From the IMG/VR virus record IMGVR_UViG_3300042397_002774, positions 1-64,000 of that record: 64,000 nt of DNA; one strand, 5' to 3'. Source of the DNA: a virus. Positions 1 to 9,577 of this stretch are shown piece by piece (the first letter of the stretch is position 1; the number at the start of each line of letters is the position of its first letter). The position numbers were made by a program, and so were the translations under genes. The notes under the pieces are model-generated. The model worked only from the letters and a program-made list of their open reading frames with translations, searched no databases and was not told the origin of the DNA.

Positions 1-52
1 CCGATCCTAAAATTTGAAATAATTCCATTTATTGTTTGTGTTTAAGTTTAAA

Positions 53-262
53 TTACTTTTTTGTAAATACTTCTTGCATTTTGTCCAAACCATACCTTAC
101 TCCAGAATGAAAAATGAACAACAAATCAGTGTCTCTCCTTAACTCAATTGAGATTTTCACCTGACCTGATTCATCCTCTTCCTGCAAAACAATGATTTGA
201 TCCCCTATTTCCTCTTGCAAATAAACAAGACGTTCTGCTTGAATATAAATTTCTGCTTTCAT
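53..262 (-). CDS. hypothetical early protein
   Basis: 69-aa ORF with A-rich leader (AAAAAGTTATG) and upstream promoter motif. Confidence 0.7.
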   Translation of the reverse strand: MKAEIYIQAERLVYLQEEIGDQIIVLQEEDESGQVKISIELRRDTDLLFIFHSGVRYGLDKMQEVFTKK

Positions 263-284
263 AACTTTTTAATTTTTATTGACG

Positions 285-316
285 TAAATGTACGAAGTGG
301 GTGTTGCCCCACCACA
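285..316 (-). promoter_or_regulatory. Bacteroidota sigma-A-type promoter
   Basis: minus strand TGTG-N20-TACATTTA. Confidence 0.65.
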
Positions 317-472
317 CTAGAATGAGATATAATCGATCGCTTTCTCACCTATCGACTTTCCATCTCTGGTGATCTCGTAATCAGGATCCATACCAGAAAT
401 CATGATGTGAGCAATCAAATCCCCAATACAGGTAAATTCGGCTCTGTAATAATCACATTTTAAACTATACAT
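317..472 (-). CDS. small hypothetical protein (51 aa, not in ORF track)
   Basis: MYSLKCDYYRAEFTCIGDL...KAIDYISF*; own promoter at 497-528. Confidence 0.65.
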   Translation of the reverse strand: MYSLKCDYYRAEFTCIGDLIAHIMISGMDPDYEITRDGKSIGEKAIDYISF

Positions 473-496
473 ACGTTTTTAATTTTTAGTACGTTG

Positions 497-528
497 TAAA
501 GGTACAAAAAAAACTGTGACCGAACAAA
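497..528 (-). promoter_or_regulatory. Bacteroidota sigma-A-type promoter
   Basis: TTTG-N20-TACCTTTA. Confidence 0.75.
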
Positions 529-530
529 AC

Positions 531-1181
531 CTATCGCCTATTTGTTTTCGGACGGCCGCGGCGACCTCCAGTGCGTGCCTTAACCAGTGCCTTTTGAGCC
601 GCGCGTGAGGAAATCATTTCACTAGTGAGTGAAGGACGTCCGCGCTTTCCTCCGGTGGAAGTTTTTGGTGTCTTTGGAGTGGCACCAGAAGCAGGCCTTC
701 CTCTACGGCCTCCACTTCTTTCGGCACGCGCGACCTTCTCAAGTTCACGTGCGGCCTTCACCTCTGGATCAAGTGCTGGACGTCCCCTACGGGTGCCCTC
801 GACCTTCTCCTTCTTCGGTTTCAAGCCACGTTGCAGATCACTGACGCGTTTGCGTTCAGCTTTCTCATCGCTGCGATTCATCATGTTAAGGGTGCGTCGG
901 TGCTTAATCACGGACGGGTGTAAAATAACCTGATCCAGATCAAAGCAACGACTAGCACCTCCCTCATCACGTACCTCATATCCACCACGTGGCCATCCTG
1001 GCTCACCTGGTTCGCGTTGTTTGATCAGTGAAAAAAACATACGCGTTTCATAAAAGTACGGTGCGGGTAAAACCCTATCACGTGGCTGAGGATTAGCTAG
1101 CTCAGGGAAAATATCAGCGTAGCGTTTCACAGTTCCTATTTGATCCTCACCAACCATAAACGGGGTTTCTATTATCTTCAT
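531..1181 (-). CDS. AT-hook-containing basic DNA-binding protein
   Basis: four (R/K)RGRP motifs in a K/R/G-rich C-terminal half. Confidence 0.75.
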   Translation of the reverse strand: MKIIETPFMVGEDQIGTVKRYADIFPELANPQPRDRVLPAPYFYETRMFFSLIKQREPGEPGWPRGGYEVRDEGGASRCFDLDQVILHPSVIKHRRTLNMMNRSDEKAERKRVSDLQRGLKPKKEKVEGTRRGRPALDPEVKAARELEKVARAERSGGRRGRPASGATPKTPKTSTGGKRGRPSLTSEMISSRAAQKALVKARTGGRRGRPKTNRR

Positions 1182-1200
1182 ATCTTAATTTTTATTGACG

Positions 1201-1373
1201 TAAATGTACGACAAAAACTCTGCCACAACAAAACCCTAAACAAAACTATTCAAAAAAAACAAAACACTTTTGGTATAAAGGTACGAAAAAACCTTGACAA
1301 AAACAAACCTACTTTGCGACAAAAACGTCACAAAAAACACCTAAAGGTACGAACACTTTGTGCAACAACCAAA
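1201..1373 (-). promoter_or_regulatory. three tandem sigma-A-type promoters
   Basis: TTTG-N20-TAC(A/C)TTTA at 1201-1232, 1276-1307 and 1342-1373, all with 20-nt spacers. Confidence 0.75.
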
Positions 1374-1450
1374 AAAAGTTGTGCAACAAAAAAGTGCAGT
1401 TGTGCGTCAAAAAAAGAATAAGGTTTGGGACAAAAAGTTCATAAAAAAAA
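1359..1450. repeat. short direct repeats (ttgtgcaacaa x2 plus variant) separated by A-tracts
   Basis: seen directly in the largest non-coding gap of the window. Confidence 0.55.
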
Positions 1451-1702
1451 GTTTGGATCGCGTGGAGAGAAAATGGGGTGGAATTCAACACCAAATCACC
1501 GTCACCAACCAACTCGTCACATACTATAACGAACCTAAACAAAACATTACGTGGACAAAAATCCGACTCGTTCCATACTATCCCTATTCCTCATCCATTA
1601 TACAACCTACGCTACAAAAAACAGCGCAAATTCAACGCAAAACCATCGCAAAAAACGGCGGCCTCTATACAACAATATCACTCACCGTCTCCGTATCTCT
1701 CG

Positions 1703-1948
1703 CTATTTAACCACATCTTCAGGATAACATTGTAACAAAAATTTCTTATTGTACACGGTATCCCATGCTCGTCCGTCCAACGTACTCACAGCAGCATAAT
1801 GAGCAGCCATCAAAGCCTTACGCACGTGCATTCTAGCAAACTCAGTCATCAACTCCTCCGTGTTCATTATACCACCGAGTTGCTTGATTAGTTCTTTCGC
1901 CGTCACGGTCTCCACCGTATGCTGAGTATCCATTATCCTATTCATCAT
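1703..1948 (-). CDS. hypothetical protein
   Basis: ORF in tightly packed minus-strand run. Confidence 0.6.
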   Translation of the reverse strand: MMNRIMDTQHTVETVTAKELIKQLGGIMNTEELMTEFARMHVRKALMAAHYAAVSTLDGRAWDTVYNKKFLLQCYPEDVVK

Positions 1949-1950
1949 CC

Positions 1951-2232
1951 TTATTCCCCATTTATCATTTTAACCCGTTGCTGTTGTAGCCGTTGAATCT
2001 CTAGTTTCAAGTCCTCGTTTCCCGAACGTGTTTTCAATTCGATTACCTTTTTAGCCATCGAATCCATTTTACCGTTCTTATGTTCCCTAACCATATGATC
2101 CAGTACGTCCTTAACCATATCAATACCGTGCTTGGTTTGTGTATCAATGTACCCTGGATACTCTACTGTGGCTTTTGAGTAGTTGCCCTCATCATCCACC
2201 AATTTAATTTCAATGTGTTTCAACTTGGTCAT
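1951..2232 (-). CDS. hypothetical protein
   Basis: ORF in packed run. Confidence 0.6.
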   Translation of the reverse strand: MTKLKHIEIKLVDDEGNYSKATVEYPGYIDTQTKHGIDMVKDVLDHMVREHKNGKMDSMAKKVIELKTRSGNEDLKLEIQRLQQQRVKMINGE

Positions 2233-2416
2233 GATTTTCTATTTTATATATAATTGTTCTGTCCACTGGATAACATGCTACAATAGCTCCATTGTGATCT
2301 TCAAACGCATACACACCATCAATTACCTTAAATTTAGCAGCACGACAGCTACACACGTATGTTCCACTAGCAAATGCTTTTGCTCCGGTAATTATTTGTA
2401 AATGATATGTTTTCAT
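2210..2416 (-). CDS. hypothetical protein
   Basis: start moved to MKTYHLQ to avoid overlap with upstream gene. Confidence 0.55.
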   Translation of the reverse strand: MKTYHLQIITGAKAFASGTYVCSCRAAKFKVIDGVYAFEDHNGAIVACYPVDRTIIYKIENHDQVETH

Positions 2417-2417
2417 C

Positions 2418-2630
2418 TCAATATTGTTTAATATGCTTGCTATATGCTTCTTCAATCGTTTGCTCAAGTTGTCTAGCTACGTTAAACACGATCACTGATA
2501 GTTCCTTTATATGCTCACTATACTCGTCATGTTTCTCATAGTTGATGCCCTTGATTATCTGCATCTTATACCATTCCAACATTTCGTTGTAGCGATCATA
2601 CATCGCCTTCATGTCTGCTATACTTAACAT
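2418..2630 (-). CDS. hypothetical protein
   Basis: ORF in packed run. Confidence 0.6.
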   Translation of the reverse strand: MLSIADMKAMYDRYNEMLEWYKMQIIKGINYEKHDEYSEHIKELSVIVFNVARQLEQTIEEAYSKHIKQY

Positions 2631-2786
2631 CTATTGCTTTCTAATCATTGCTTGATAATATCTTATCAACCCATCCTCTAAAGTAATACTAATTCCACCT
2701 TGTGGTATCCACCCCGCACTAATGTAGTGTGCTACTCGTTCTTCGAGGAATGATGTTGTGTCTGTACTTACTATTTTATATTGCAT
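2631..2786 (-). CDS. DUF1737-like small protein (51 aa, not in ORF track)
   Basis: MQYKIV...ERVAHYISAGWIPQGG...YYQAMI fits the GWxxxGG/YQA pattern of this family. Confidence 0.6.
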   Translation of the reverse strand: MQYKIVSTDTTSFLEERVAHYISAGWIPQGGISITLEDGLIRYYQAMIRKQ

Positions 2787-2849
2787 AACGAATCGTATAT
2801 ACGTATTTAAGTATTGTGGTGTGTGGCCACCAACTTTTGTGGCTTAATC

Positions 2850-3134
2850 TTAGGGTGCTATTTCTAGTTTCTGTATTTGTTCTAGTAATTTAGTTACATC
2901 TTCTTCACTTAGATATCCAACAACATCTCCGTTAGCAACAGGATTGTCATAATGAAGTTCTCCATTACTATCTAACACCGCTAATTCATATAGACCGTTT
3001 TTACCACCATATGACATTGGACCTTTAACTACACTTGCTCCATACCCGTTATCAAACGAAATACGACTGATTATACCTCCATATTCTGCTCCCATTGGGT
3101 GATCAATGAACTCTAGATCATTAAATGTTTTCAT
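2850..3134 (-). CDS. conserved phage hypothetical protein
   Basis: FDNGYGASVV...GLYELAVL...DVVGYL pattern recognisable from phage early genes. Confidence 0.7.
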   Translation of the reverse strand: MKTFNDLEFIDHPMGAEYGGIISRISFDNGYGASVVKGPMSYGGKNGLYELAVLDSNGELHYDNPVANGDVVGYLSEEDVTKLLEQIQKLEIAP

Positions 3135-3294
3135 ATCTGAATTGTTTTTTAGGATGAAACGCGGCTCTAGCCTCGTCCAATCGTTTTAGGAATTGTCTAT
3201 TCTTACTATCACCCTTGTCCCATAGTGTTGATACACCATGCTTACGAGCCCATTCTTCCAGTGTTAATTCGTTATTCGTCTTCATATTATGAAT

Positions 3295-4173
3295 TTACGC
3301 TACTTGTTCTGCCTGTCCAATGTATCTATTGTAGCGAGCCGTCTCATCAGCTTCTTGTCTCGCCTTATTATTTGTTTCCCAGGCATATACGCTTTCAATG
3401 AATGAGTCGAAATAGTCATATTTAACCTCAATATCACTCCATTGTTCATCACATGTTCTCTTAACCTGTAATGCTATTTTATTATACTTAGCAGGTCCAA
3501 CTACTCTATAGACGTTTACATTCGTGTAATCCCACTTACCGCGTCCTGTTTCTAATACGAGTGAATTTGGCGTTTCTACTAATTCATATTGGTTCGTATC
3601 GTAATTCATTTTACAATGTAGGTAAGGCGATATGGTATGTTCGAACCCTGGTACTTTATATTCTTCACGTTTAGCAACATGAATCTCTTGTTTAACTCTA
3701 TTTATTTCTTGTTCCAACCTATAAAGTTCACTATTCAATTCCCAATATGGTTTGTAGATTTCTTTGTATGCTGGTTTCCACTCGTTCTCTATATTATCAA
3801 TAATTAAAGCGGCATGCTGCGCTACTTTACCTAATGTAGTTAAGTAGTATAAGTTAGTGGAATTTACTTTGTTATGGCTACTTCTGTAGTCAATATCATA
3901 GTAATTATTCTCATCATCTCTATAGCTGTAATGCTTTCTAACATTGATCGCGCTAGGCCATCTACCGTCTTCTATTGGAACGATTTCCAATGTGTCACCT
4001 GTGTATTTGACATTGTATGGACTTACATTTAGAACACTGCTGAACCAATCATGAATAGATTGATTTAATTTAACTAGTGCAGGTTCGTACACTGTTGATT
4101 CGTATTGTACAAACTCGTTCTGCTTAACTGCGAACTGTGATGCGAGTGCATCTAAAATGATTTGCTTATTCAT
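3295..4173 (-). CDS. hypothetical protein with coiled coil
   Basis: start set at MNKQII, downstream of promoter at 4198. Confidence 0.7.
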   Translation of the reverse strand: MNKQIILDALASQFAVKQNEFVQYESTVYEPALVKLNQSIHDWFSSVLNVSPYNVKYTGDTLEIVPIEDGRWPSAINVRKHYSYRDDENNYYDIDYRSSHNKVNSTNLYYLTTLGKVAQHAALIIDNIENEWKPAYKEIYKPYWELNSELYRLEQEINRVKQEIHVAKREEYKVPGFEHTISPYLHCKMNYDTNQYELVETPNSLVLETGRGKWDYTNVNVYRVVGPAKYNKIALQVKRTCDEQWSDIEVKYDYFDSFIESVYAWETNNKARQEADETARYNRYIGQAEQVA

Positions 4174-4197
4174 AACCTTTAATTTTTTATTACGATG

Positions 4198-4228
4198 TGA
4201 ATATACGAACGGAACCCTGCCAACCAAT
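4198..4228 (-). promoter_or_regulatory. sigma-A-type promoter
   Basis: ATTG-N19-TATATTCA. Confidence 0.65.
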
Positions 4229-4238
4229 AAGAAAGCGC

Positions 4239-4814
4239 CTATTGGCGCTCCTTAATTAGTTTTAAAGCATTCGAGTCGAAACATAACTCACTAAACTCAC
4301 CTGCAGTGATGTTTTCAGTATCATTTACTGCTACCTTATAGCTTTCAATCTTACCTGTTTTAAGGTTAACTAATGCTACTTGGTTTGATACACGACCACC
4401 TATTAGGAGGTAACGATTACCATCTTCATGTTTATATCTGTTACCTACTTTATGAGTAGCGAAATACTCAGGGAATTGTAGTTTGATTTGCTCTTTTAAT
4501 TCTTTAAGAGCAGCAATCATTGATGCTGGTAGTTCCATACTATCTATTTTAAAATATTCTGTATTATTTTCTGTAGGGTATTCTTTTACATCTACAGGAA
4601 TGAAATATGAATGGAAGCTATCTACTGGTACAGCAATGTTAACTCCACGGCCTGATGCTTTTTCCATAACATAATAGCCTGTAAATTCATTTTCATCGTG
4701 TTCAGTACTCCATTTGAATTTTTGACCTGATCTGCAACGATCGTTATATTGGTCTGTAAATCCTTTGTAACATTCGTAAGTAACGCCTTGTTGTGGTTTG
4801 ATTTTTGTGCTCAT
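4239..4814 (-). CDS. hypothetical protein
   Basis: 191-aa ORF; -7 box CGTATATTTA at 4845-4854. Confidence 0.7.
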   Translation of the reverse strand: MSTKIKPQQGVTYECYKGFTDQYNDRCRSGQKFKWSTEHDENEFTGYYVMEKASGRGVNIAVPVDSFHSYFIPVDVKEYPTENNTEYFKIDSMELPASMIAALKELKEQIKLQFPEYFATHKVGNRYKHEDGNRYLLIGGRVSNQVALVNLKTGKIESYKVAVNDTENITAGEFSELCFDSNALKLIKERQ

Positions 4815-4858
4815 AACTTTTATTTTTTATTTATTTGTGTAATGTAAATATACGAACT

Positions 4859-5434
4859 TTACTCTGCCAAGTACAATCTATTGTAATTGTAGAGTGCGAC
4901 TGGGTTTTCATCAACTATCAATTCATAATTATCCATAACATGCTCATAAATGGCACTTAATGGTTCATTAATAACTTCACCCACTAATTGAGAGAAATAA
5001 TTGTTAGATAAATTTACTGTTTCTTGTAGTGTTCCTGGTAGTCCACAATACGCTGCTTCGCTTACCTCACTAATAAACATACCACTGTAGAACCCATTTA
5101 ACTGGTGTTCATTCATGAATTGATCAGCATTACACCATATTGCAATACATTCTTTGTCCTTTAACAATGATACTGTTGAGCTATCAATAGCATAAGCATA
5201 ATTAAATCGTTGTGGGTATATAGATGATTTAGCATCACTAAACATACCTACAGCAAATAATCCACTAGGCGAGCCATGTCCCATCATTATGATGCGATCA
5301 TGTTCCTTGATTAATTGTGTTAATTGATCTTTACTAACACCACCATTAACAATAATGGCATCGTTAATATTACTGTATATCGGCTTTAAAAAGTCCGTTG
5401 TTGGATCCGATGGGTGAATAATTAAATTTTTCAT
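4859..5434 (-). CDS. hypothetical protein, possible caspase/gingipain-like His-Cys fold
   Basis: MMGHGS and IWCNA motifs; fold is inference. Confidence 0.5.
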   Translation of the reverse strand: MKNLIIHPSDPTTDFLKPIYSNINDAIIVNGGVSKDQLTQLIKEHDRIIMMGHGSPSGLFAVGMFSDAKSSIYPQRFNYAYAIDSSTVSLLKDKECIAIWCNADQFMNEHQLNGFYSGMFISEVSEAAYCGLPGTLQETVNLSNNYFSQLVGEVINEPLSAIYEHVMDNYELIVDENPVALYNYNRLYLAE

Positions 5435-5471
5435 GACATAAAGATAGGCAAATTACTTTGCCCATCCACAT

Positions 5472-5621
5472 TTAATTCATTATTCCTATTATGTTTCGCC
5501 TCCACCACTTTGCAAAACGTGTGTTTGGGTTTTTAGTAGTTATTGATTCTCCAACTACTAACCCTATTGTAAACAGTGCTGATAGTAAACACAATAGTAT
5601 TAAAATTTGAAATAATTCCAT
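5472..5621 (-). CDS. small membrane protein (49 aa, not in ORF track)
   Basis: MELFQILILLCLLSALFTIGLVV...; same MELFQIL start as the truncated ORF beginning at nt 28. Confidence 0.55.
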   Translation of the reverse strand: MELFQILILLCLLSALFTIGLVVGESITTKNPNTRFAKWWRRNIIGIMN

Positions 5622-5630
5622 TACTATAGT

Positions 5631-5846
5631 TTAATAATTGTCATCATAATCATCATCATTATCCATAAAGTCTTCATCAAGTGAAGATTCAGAATAAATC
5701 AATTCCCCTAGATCATCTAGTTCTTCATAATATGATTCTAGAGTATAAATGAATTCTTCTAGATCAAAATTATCAGGATGGCCATTATGATTCAACTCAG
5801 TGTTTGCTGCTAGGATTAATTCCTTTAAGACATCTTTAATTTCCAT
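5631..5846 (-). CDS. acidic hypothetical protein
   Basis: very D/E-rich 71 aa. Confidence 0.6.
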   Translation of the reverse strand: MEIKDVLKELILAANTELNHNGHPDNFDLEEFIYTLESYYEELDDLGELIYSESSLDEDFMDNDDDYDDNY

Positions 5847-6282
5847 TTTTAATTTGTTTATTTTTGCTATAAATATGTTGATAAAATTCTAACAGTGTGC
5901 CATCAAATTGAAGCATTTCTTCTTCTAGCTCTTCTTTTTCCATTCTAAATTCAATCCAGAAATCTTTATACATTGCCTCTAGTATTTGAGCTTCTTCTCG
6001 TTCAAAATCAACAGTTAGTCTGCGTATACGTTCACTATGTAAACCTCTTAATTCATGTACTAGCGCTATATCTGTTACATCTTTGATTGCGTCGTTTTCT
6101 AATTTTTGCTCCCACATCAACCACCAATGATAATCACTTATTTCATAATCACCATTTTTAATTTTACTTTCAAGTGGTTGATATTTGTGAAGTGGACTCT
6201 TACTATTTTTAAAACGCCTCCACCAGTAATACGGATTGTATTTTGTTGGGGTGTAAGTTGCTATACGTTGACTTAATTCCAT
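5836..6282 (-). CDS. hypothetical protein
   Basis: ORF overlapping neighbours by a few nt. Confidence 0.65.
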   Translation of the reverse strand: MELSQRIATYTPTKYNPYYWWRRFKNSKSPLHKYQPLESKIKNGDYEISDYHWWLMWEQKLENDAIKDVTDIALVHELRGLHSERIRRLTVDFEREEAQILEAMYKDFWIEFRMEKEELEEEMLQFDGTLLEFYQHIYSKNKQIKNGN

Positions 6283-6632
6283 CCGTTATCAGTTTTTACT
6301 TTATCAATGTGTTTGCAAGTACGAGAATTACCTGACCAACCAAATGCAGGGCAAGTACAACTCCATCTATCATCTTCATTCTTAACTGTATACTTCTTAC
6401 CTTTACTACCATCCACTTCCTGTTCAAATGTATTTTTGAACGCTTCGTTTTTAGAGTTTTTATATTCCTTTTTGAAATATATAATATGTTTTTGACCTAA
6501 GTGGTTTGGTATTTCAGTCCATTTACCATCAGCAATAACATAGCGTTTATCTGGTTCTTGTATTGAATTAAATACAATTGGTGGAATGTAACTGTGGACA
6601 ATTACCTTGTCGCCTCCTACTATTACTGACAT
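6273..6632 (-). CDS. SWIM zinc-finger protein
   Basis: WSCTCPAF...CKH. Confidence 0.8.
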   Translation of the reverse strand: MSVIVGGDKVIVHSYIPPIVFNSIQEPDKRYVIADGKWTEIPNHLGQKHIIYFKKEYKNSKNEAFKNTFEQEVDGSKGKKYTVKNEDDRWSCTCPAFGWSGNSRTCKHIDKVKTDNGWN

Positions 6633-6670
6633 AACTTTTAATTTAGGTAAATATACGATCGGAACTCTGC

Positions 6671-7753
6671 CTATTCAAAGTCCCTAATTGCGATTACCTT
6701 TGGAAAGCGAGGGATGCCATCCTCAGTTAATTCAAAGTATTTAACTGTTGCTTGCTTACCAATCAAATCATTTCGTTGTAATAACTCAGCTAAGTATTCC
6801 CAATCACCATTAACAGCAGACTCAAACGGTTTACCATTAATTTCAAATTGCAATTTACCTACTTTACCTGTTAAATTACCTTTACCTTCAATCACACCTA
6901 ATATTGTAAACTCAGCGTCACTGAATGTTTTATGTTTTAGAAGTGATTTGCTACGCTTATTCTCGTATTTAGAGTCAGTTCTTAATATCTGTCCCTCATA
7001 ACCTAATTGCATGTAATCATGATAGTAAGCCAATAGATCATTTTCATTATCGATTTGATCAGTTTGTACTATAACACAGCACTCTGGTAGTTTTAATTTG
7101 AATAATGATTTGAATCGCTGAATGAATGTACCATCATTGCTTGGTAAATCATAAATGTGATATTGAATACAATCAGCACTTAATTTCAAATCATCTCTAG
7201 TTGGTTTTGTTTTGCGAACGCAAGATATAATTGTATTAAAATCAGCTACTGATTTATCAGCATACAATTCACCATCAAGAATTAGATCTGGATCTTGTTC
7301 GAACAATGATCTGAGTGAATAATAAATGTGAGGTGCTGAGATGATTGGTTTACCGTTTCGAGACCACATTCCATCTGCTCTGATGATACATCTTACACCG
7401 TCTAATTTTGGTTGACCAAAGATAGGAAATGTAATTTTATCTTTATAGTCCTCATAATCATGAGCCAACATTGGTTTGAAATATACTGGTGTATCTATTT
7501 TATTAATGTCTTCCCAATAACCTAGATCTTTACGTTTGATATACATTGCTTCCACTTCAGCATGAGCTTGTTGTTCGTCTGTAGTAGAATTTTTCTTACC
7601 TACGTTTTTAGCCTTACAACACGTCCATTCAGATGTTACCTTCTGGCCATCTGAGAATCCACTTATTGTTCTAAAGCAATTACCTTCGGTTTCGGCTTGC
7701 CATGTTGATACTTTTCCAGTAACGGAACGTTTGTATAGAATTGGATACATCAT
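6671..7753 (-). CDS. ATP-dependent DNA ligase
   Basis: PKLDGVR (motif I), LDGELY, EGQILR, KRSKSLLK, C-terminal PRFP. Confidence 0.92.
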   Translation of the reverse strand: MMYPILYKRSVTGKVSTWQAETEGNCFRTISGFSDGQKVTSEWTCCKAKNVGKKNSTTDEQQAHAEVEAMYIKRKDLGYWEDINKIDTPVYFKPMLAHDYEDYKDKITFPIFGQPKLDGVRCIIRADGMWSRNGKPIISAPHIYYSLRSLFEQDPDLILDGELYADKSVADFNTIISCVRKTKPTRDDLKLSADCIQYHIYDLPSNDGTFIQRFKSLFKLKLPECCVIVQTDQIDNENDLLAYYHDYMQLGYEGQILRTDSKYENKRSKSLLKHKTFSDAEFTILGVIEGKGNLTGKVGKLQFEINGKPFESAVNGDWEYLAELLQRNDLIGKQATVKYFELTEDGIPRFPKVIAIRDFE

Positions 7754-7783
7754 AACTTTTAATTTTAGAACGTCAATGTACGC

Positions 7784-8092
7784 TTAGAACTTTACCTCCC
7801 AAAACTGCCACCATTTTCTCTTCTTAGGAGTTTTAGGTTCAAATGGTTTTGTATTGTCATAACAATTGATAATACCCCCATAACGAGCAGCCATCATCTG
7901 TATCATTGTAGAATGCCATTCAGATGGAATCTTTTCGAAATCAGCTTTAATTTCAACAGTCAATTCAACCTGCTTATCTCTCCCTGTTAGTAATACTAAA
8001 TGATCATTCATTTGAACAATCTGAGAAGCCTTCATTGTTATTTGTTGGCCCTTACCTATGGATATTGATCCGTTATTTTCTAACTCCCACAT
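7784..8092 (-). CDS. hypothetical protein
   Basis: ends KKRKWWQFW. Confidence 0.6.
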   Translation of the reverse strand: MWELENNGSISIGKGQQITMKASQIVQMNDHLVLLTGRDKQVELTVEIKADFEKIPSEWHSTMIQMMAARYGGIINCYDNTKPFEPKTPKKRKWWQFWEVKF

Positions 8093-8093
8093 A

Positions 8094-8282
8094 TTATTTT
8101 TTCGGATTTACAATTATTTCTAAATTATTATCTTCAAATCTAAGTCCAACAACTTCACCACCATACTCTGCAGCTTCTACTGATTCTAAGAACTTCTTTA
8201 AATCAAATGCTCTTATAAAGAATCCACCTTTGGCTTCCCCATCGGTGAAATCTTCCTTCCAAAATACTTGTCCTTCAAACAT
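8094..8282 (-). CDS. hypothetical protein
   Basis: 62-aa ORF in packed run. Confidence 0.55.
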   Translation of the reverse strand: MFEGQVFWKEDFTDGEAKGGFFIRAFDLKKFLESVEAAEYGGEVVGLRFEDNNLEIIVNPKK

Positions 8283-8299
8283 TAGTATATTATTTAAGA

Positions 8300-9046
8300 T
8301 TAAAGATATGATTCTGCTAATTCAAACAATTGCTCGTTCAATTGAATATCCTTTTGAAAGTTCTTTACTGATCTAGCTTTACGACCACCAGATGTATATG
8401 AACCACCTAATATTTTCTCTTGAACACGATTGAATACAACCCACAAATCATTACCTTGATCCTCAGTACGTGTAGCACTAAGTACATCCATAATATTAAC
8501 TGTTTTCTTAGTTCTTAACTGAGATGCTTTGGCTGCAAAGTCATTCATTTCAACCTCAGTTAATGTTTTAGCTTTGAATACATTAATCTTATTTACCAAC
8601 CCTGGTAATTTAGCAATAATCTCATTAATCTTGGTTTGTAATGATTCGAATGTATAATTGGTATGTCTAATAGATACATTATTAAAATCAGCATCACTGA
8701 TTACCAACCCATTACTACATACTAATCTGAAGATACCAACTCTGAAATTGAAAGCGGCTTTACCATCATGAGAATTAGTTAATAGGATTTGAGGAAACGA
8801 ATCGTCTCCGTTTTCACCCTTAATCATAATATCAGGATTGCGGAACACAACTAAGTGTTTTTGGAAACCTTTGTACTTACGAGATTTAACCTCTTGTACT
8901 TTAGTTACTACCCAACCTAAATTCATTAAATCCTCTACTACACGTGATGTAGGAGTTTGTACATACTTGTCTGACAAGTGAGATGCTTTTTCAGTTGTAA
9001 ATACTGACGGTGCAATTACCTTGATGTTTTCTAAACTGTAGTTCAT
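8300..9046 (-). CDS. DUF932/DUF945 family protein
   Basis: LTNSHDG...GIFRLVCSNGL...LWVVFNRVQE. Confidence 0.85.
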   Translation of the reverse strand: MNYSLENIKVIAPSVFTTEKASHLSDKYVQTPTSRVVEDLMNLGWVVTKVQEVKSRKYKGFQKHLVVFRNPDIMIKGENGDDSFPQILLTNSHDGKAAFNFRVGIFRLVCSNGLVISDADFNNVSIRHTNYTFESLQTKINEIIAKLPGLVNKINVFKAKTLTEVEMNDFAAKASQLRTKKTVNIMDVLSATRTEDQGNDLWVVFNRVQEKILGGSYTSGGRKARSVKNFQKDIQLNEQLFELAESYL

Positions 9047-9113
9047 AACCTTTATATTTTAAATATTTATTTTTACGTTGTAAATATATGTTGACAGCCT
9101 TGCCCGGCCACCT

Positions 9114-9299
9114 TTAGTTTAATACTCCTAAGCGAGCATAAGCAATCGCTTCACTGTATGCTTCCATTTCATCTAGCGATTCAGGTTCATACATTTCATC
9201 AATCTTAGCTACGATTTCTTCTTTATCAACTCCTCTCAATGTGAGCGATCGGGTCCAGTTCTCTATCTCCAGACATTTAATCTGCAATTCTGCTATCAT
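9114..9299 (-). CDS. hypothetical protein
   Basis: ORF with promoter at 9324-9355. Confidence 0.6.
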   Translation of the reverse strand: MIAELQIKCLEIENWTRSLTLRGVDKEEIVAKIDEMYEPESLDEMEAYSEAIAYARLGVLN

Positions 9300-9323
9300 A
9301 ACCTTTAATTTTTAAGTACGATG

Positions 9324-9355
9324 TAAATGTAAGCGAGGGGCCCTGCCCACCCAAA
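9324..9355 (-). promoter_or_regulatory. sigma-A-type promoter
   Basis: TTTG-N20-TACATTTA. Confidence 0.75.
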
Positions 9356-9547
9356 CTACATTTCTCGCTCTTTCTGTTTGCGTCTCAATACGATCCACTG
9401 TTCTTGCTCAGCCAATGAAGCGCCTCGTCTGTTTAAATCATCCCAGCTCTCCTGGCTTAATGGCACTTGTTTCTTTTTCTTATTTAATACTCTGTCTAAC
9501 TTTTTACTTACTTTGTCTTGAGCTTCGTCTCGAGTTTGAAATGCCAT
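9356..9547 (-). CDS. basic hypothetical protein
   Basis: ORF with -7 box at 9564-9573. Confidence 0.6.
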   Translation of the reverse strand: MAFQTRDEAQDKVSKKLDRVLNKKKKQVPLSQESWDDLNRRGASLAEQEQWIVLRRKQKEREM

Positions 9548-9577
9548 ATTTTATTATTTGACGTAAATGTACGACTT

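Noticed and set aside
1200-1450. Possible CRISPR array
   Set aside because: Repeats are short, degenerate and irregular, and mostly correspond to promoter copies. The Cas4-like nuclease at 35062 is a stand-alone phage type.
1140-1735. ORFs across the A-rich gap, including 1309-1542 (-)
   Set aside because: Low-complexity translations overlapping tandem promoters; better explained as non-coding.
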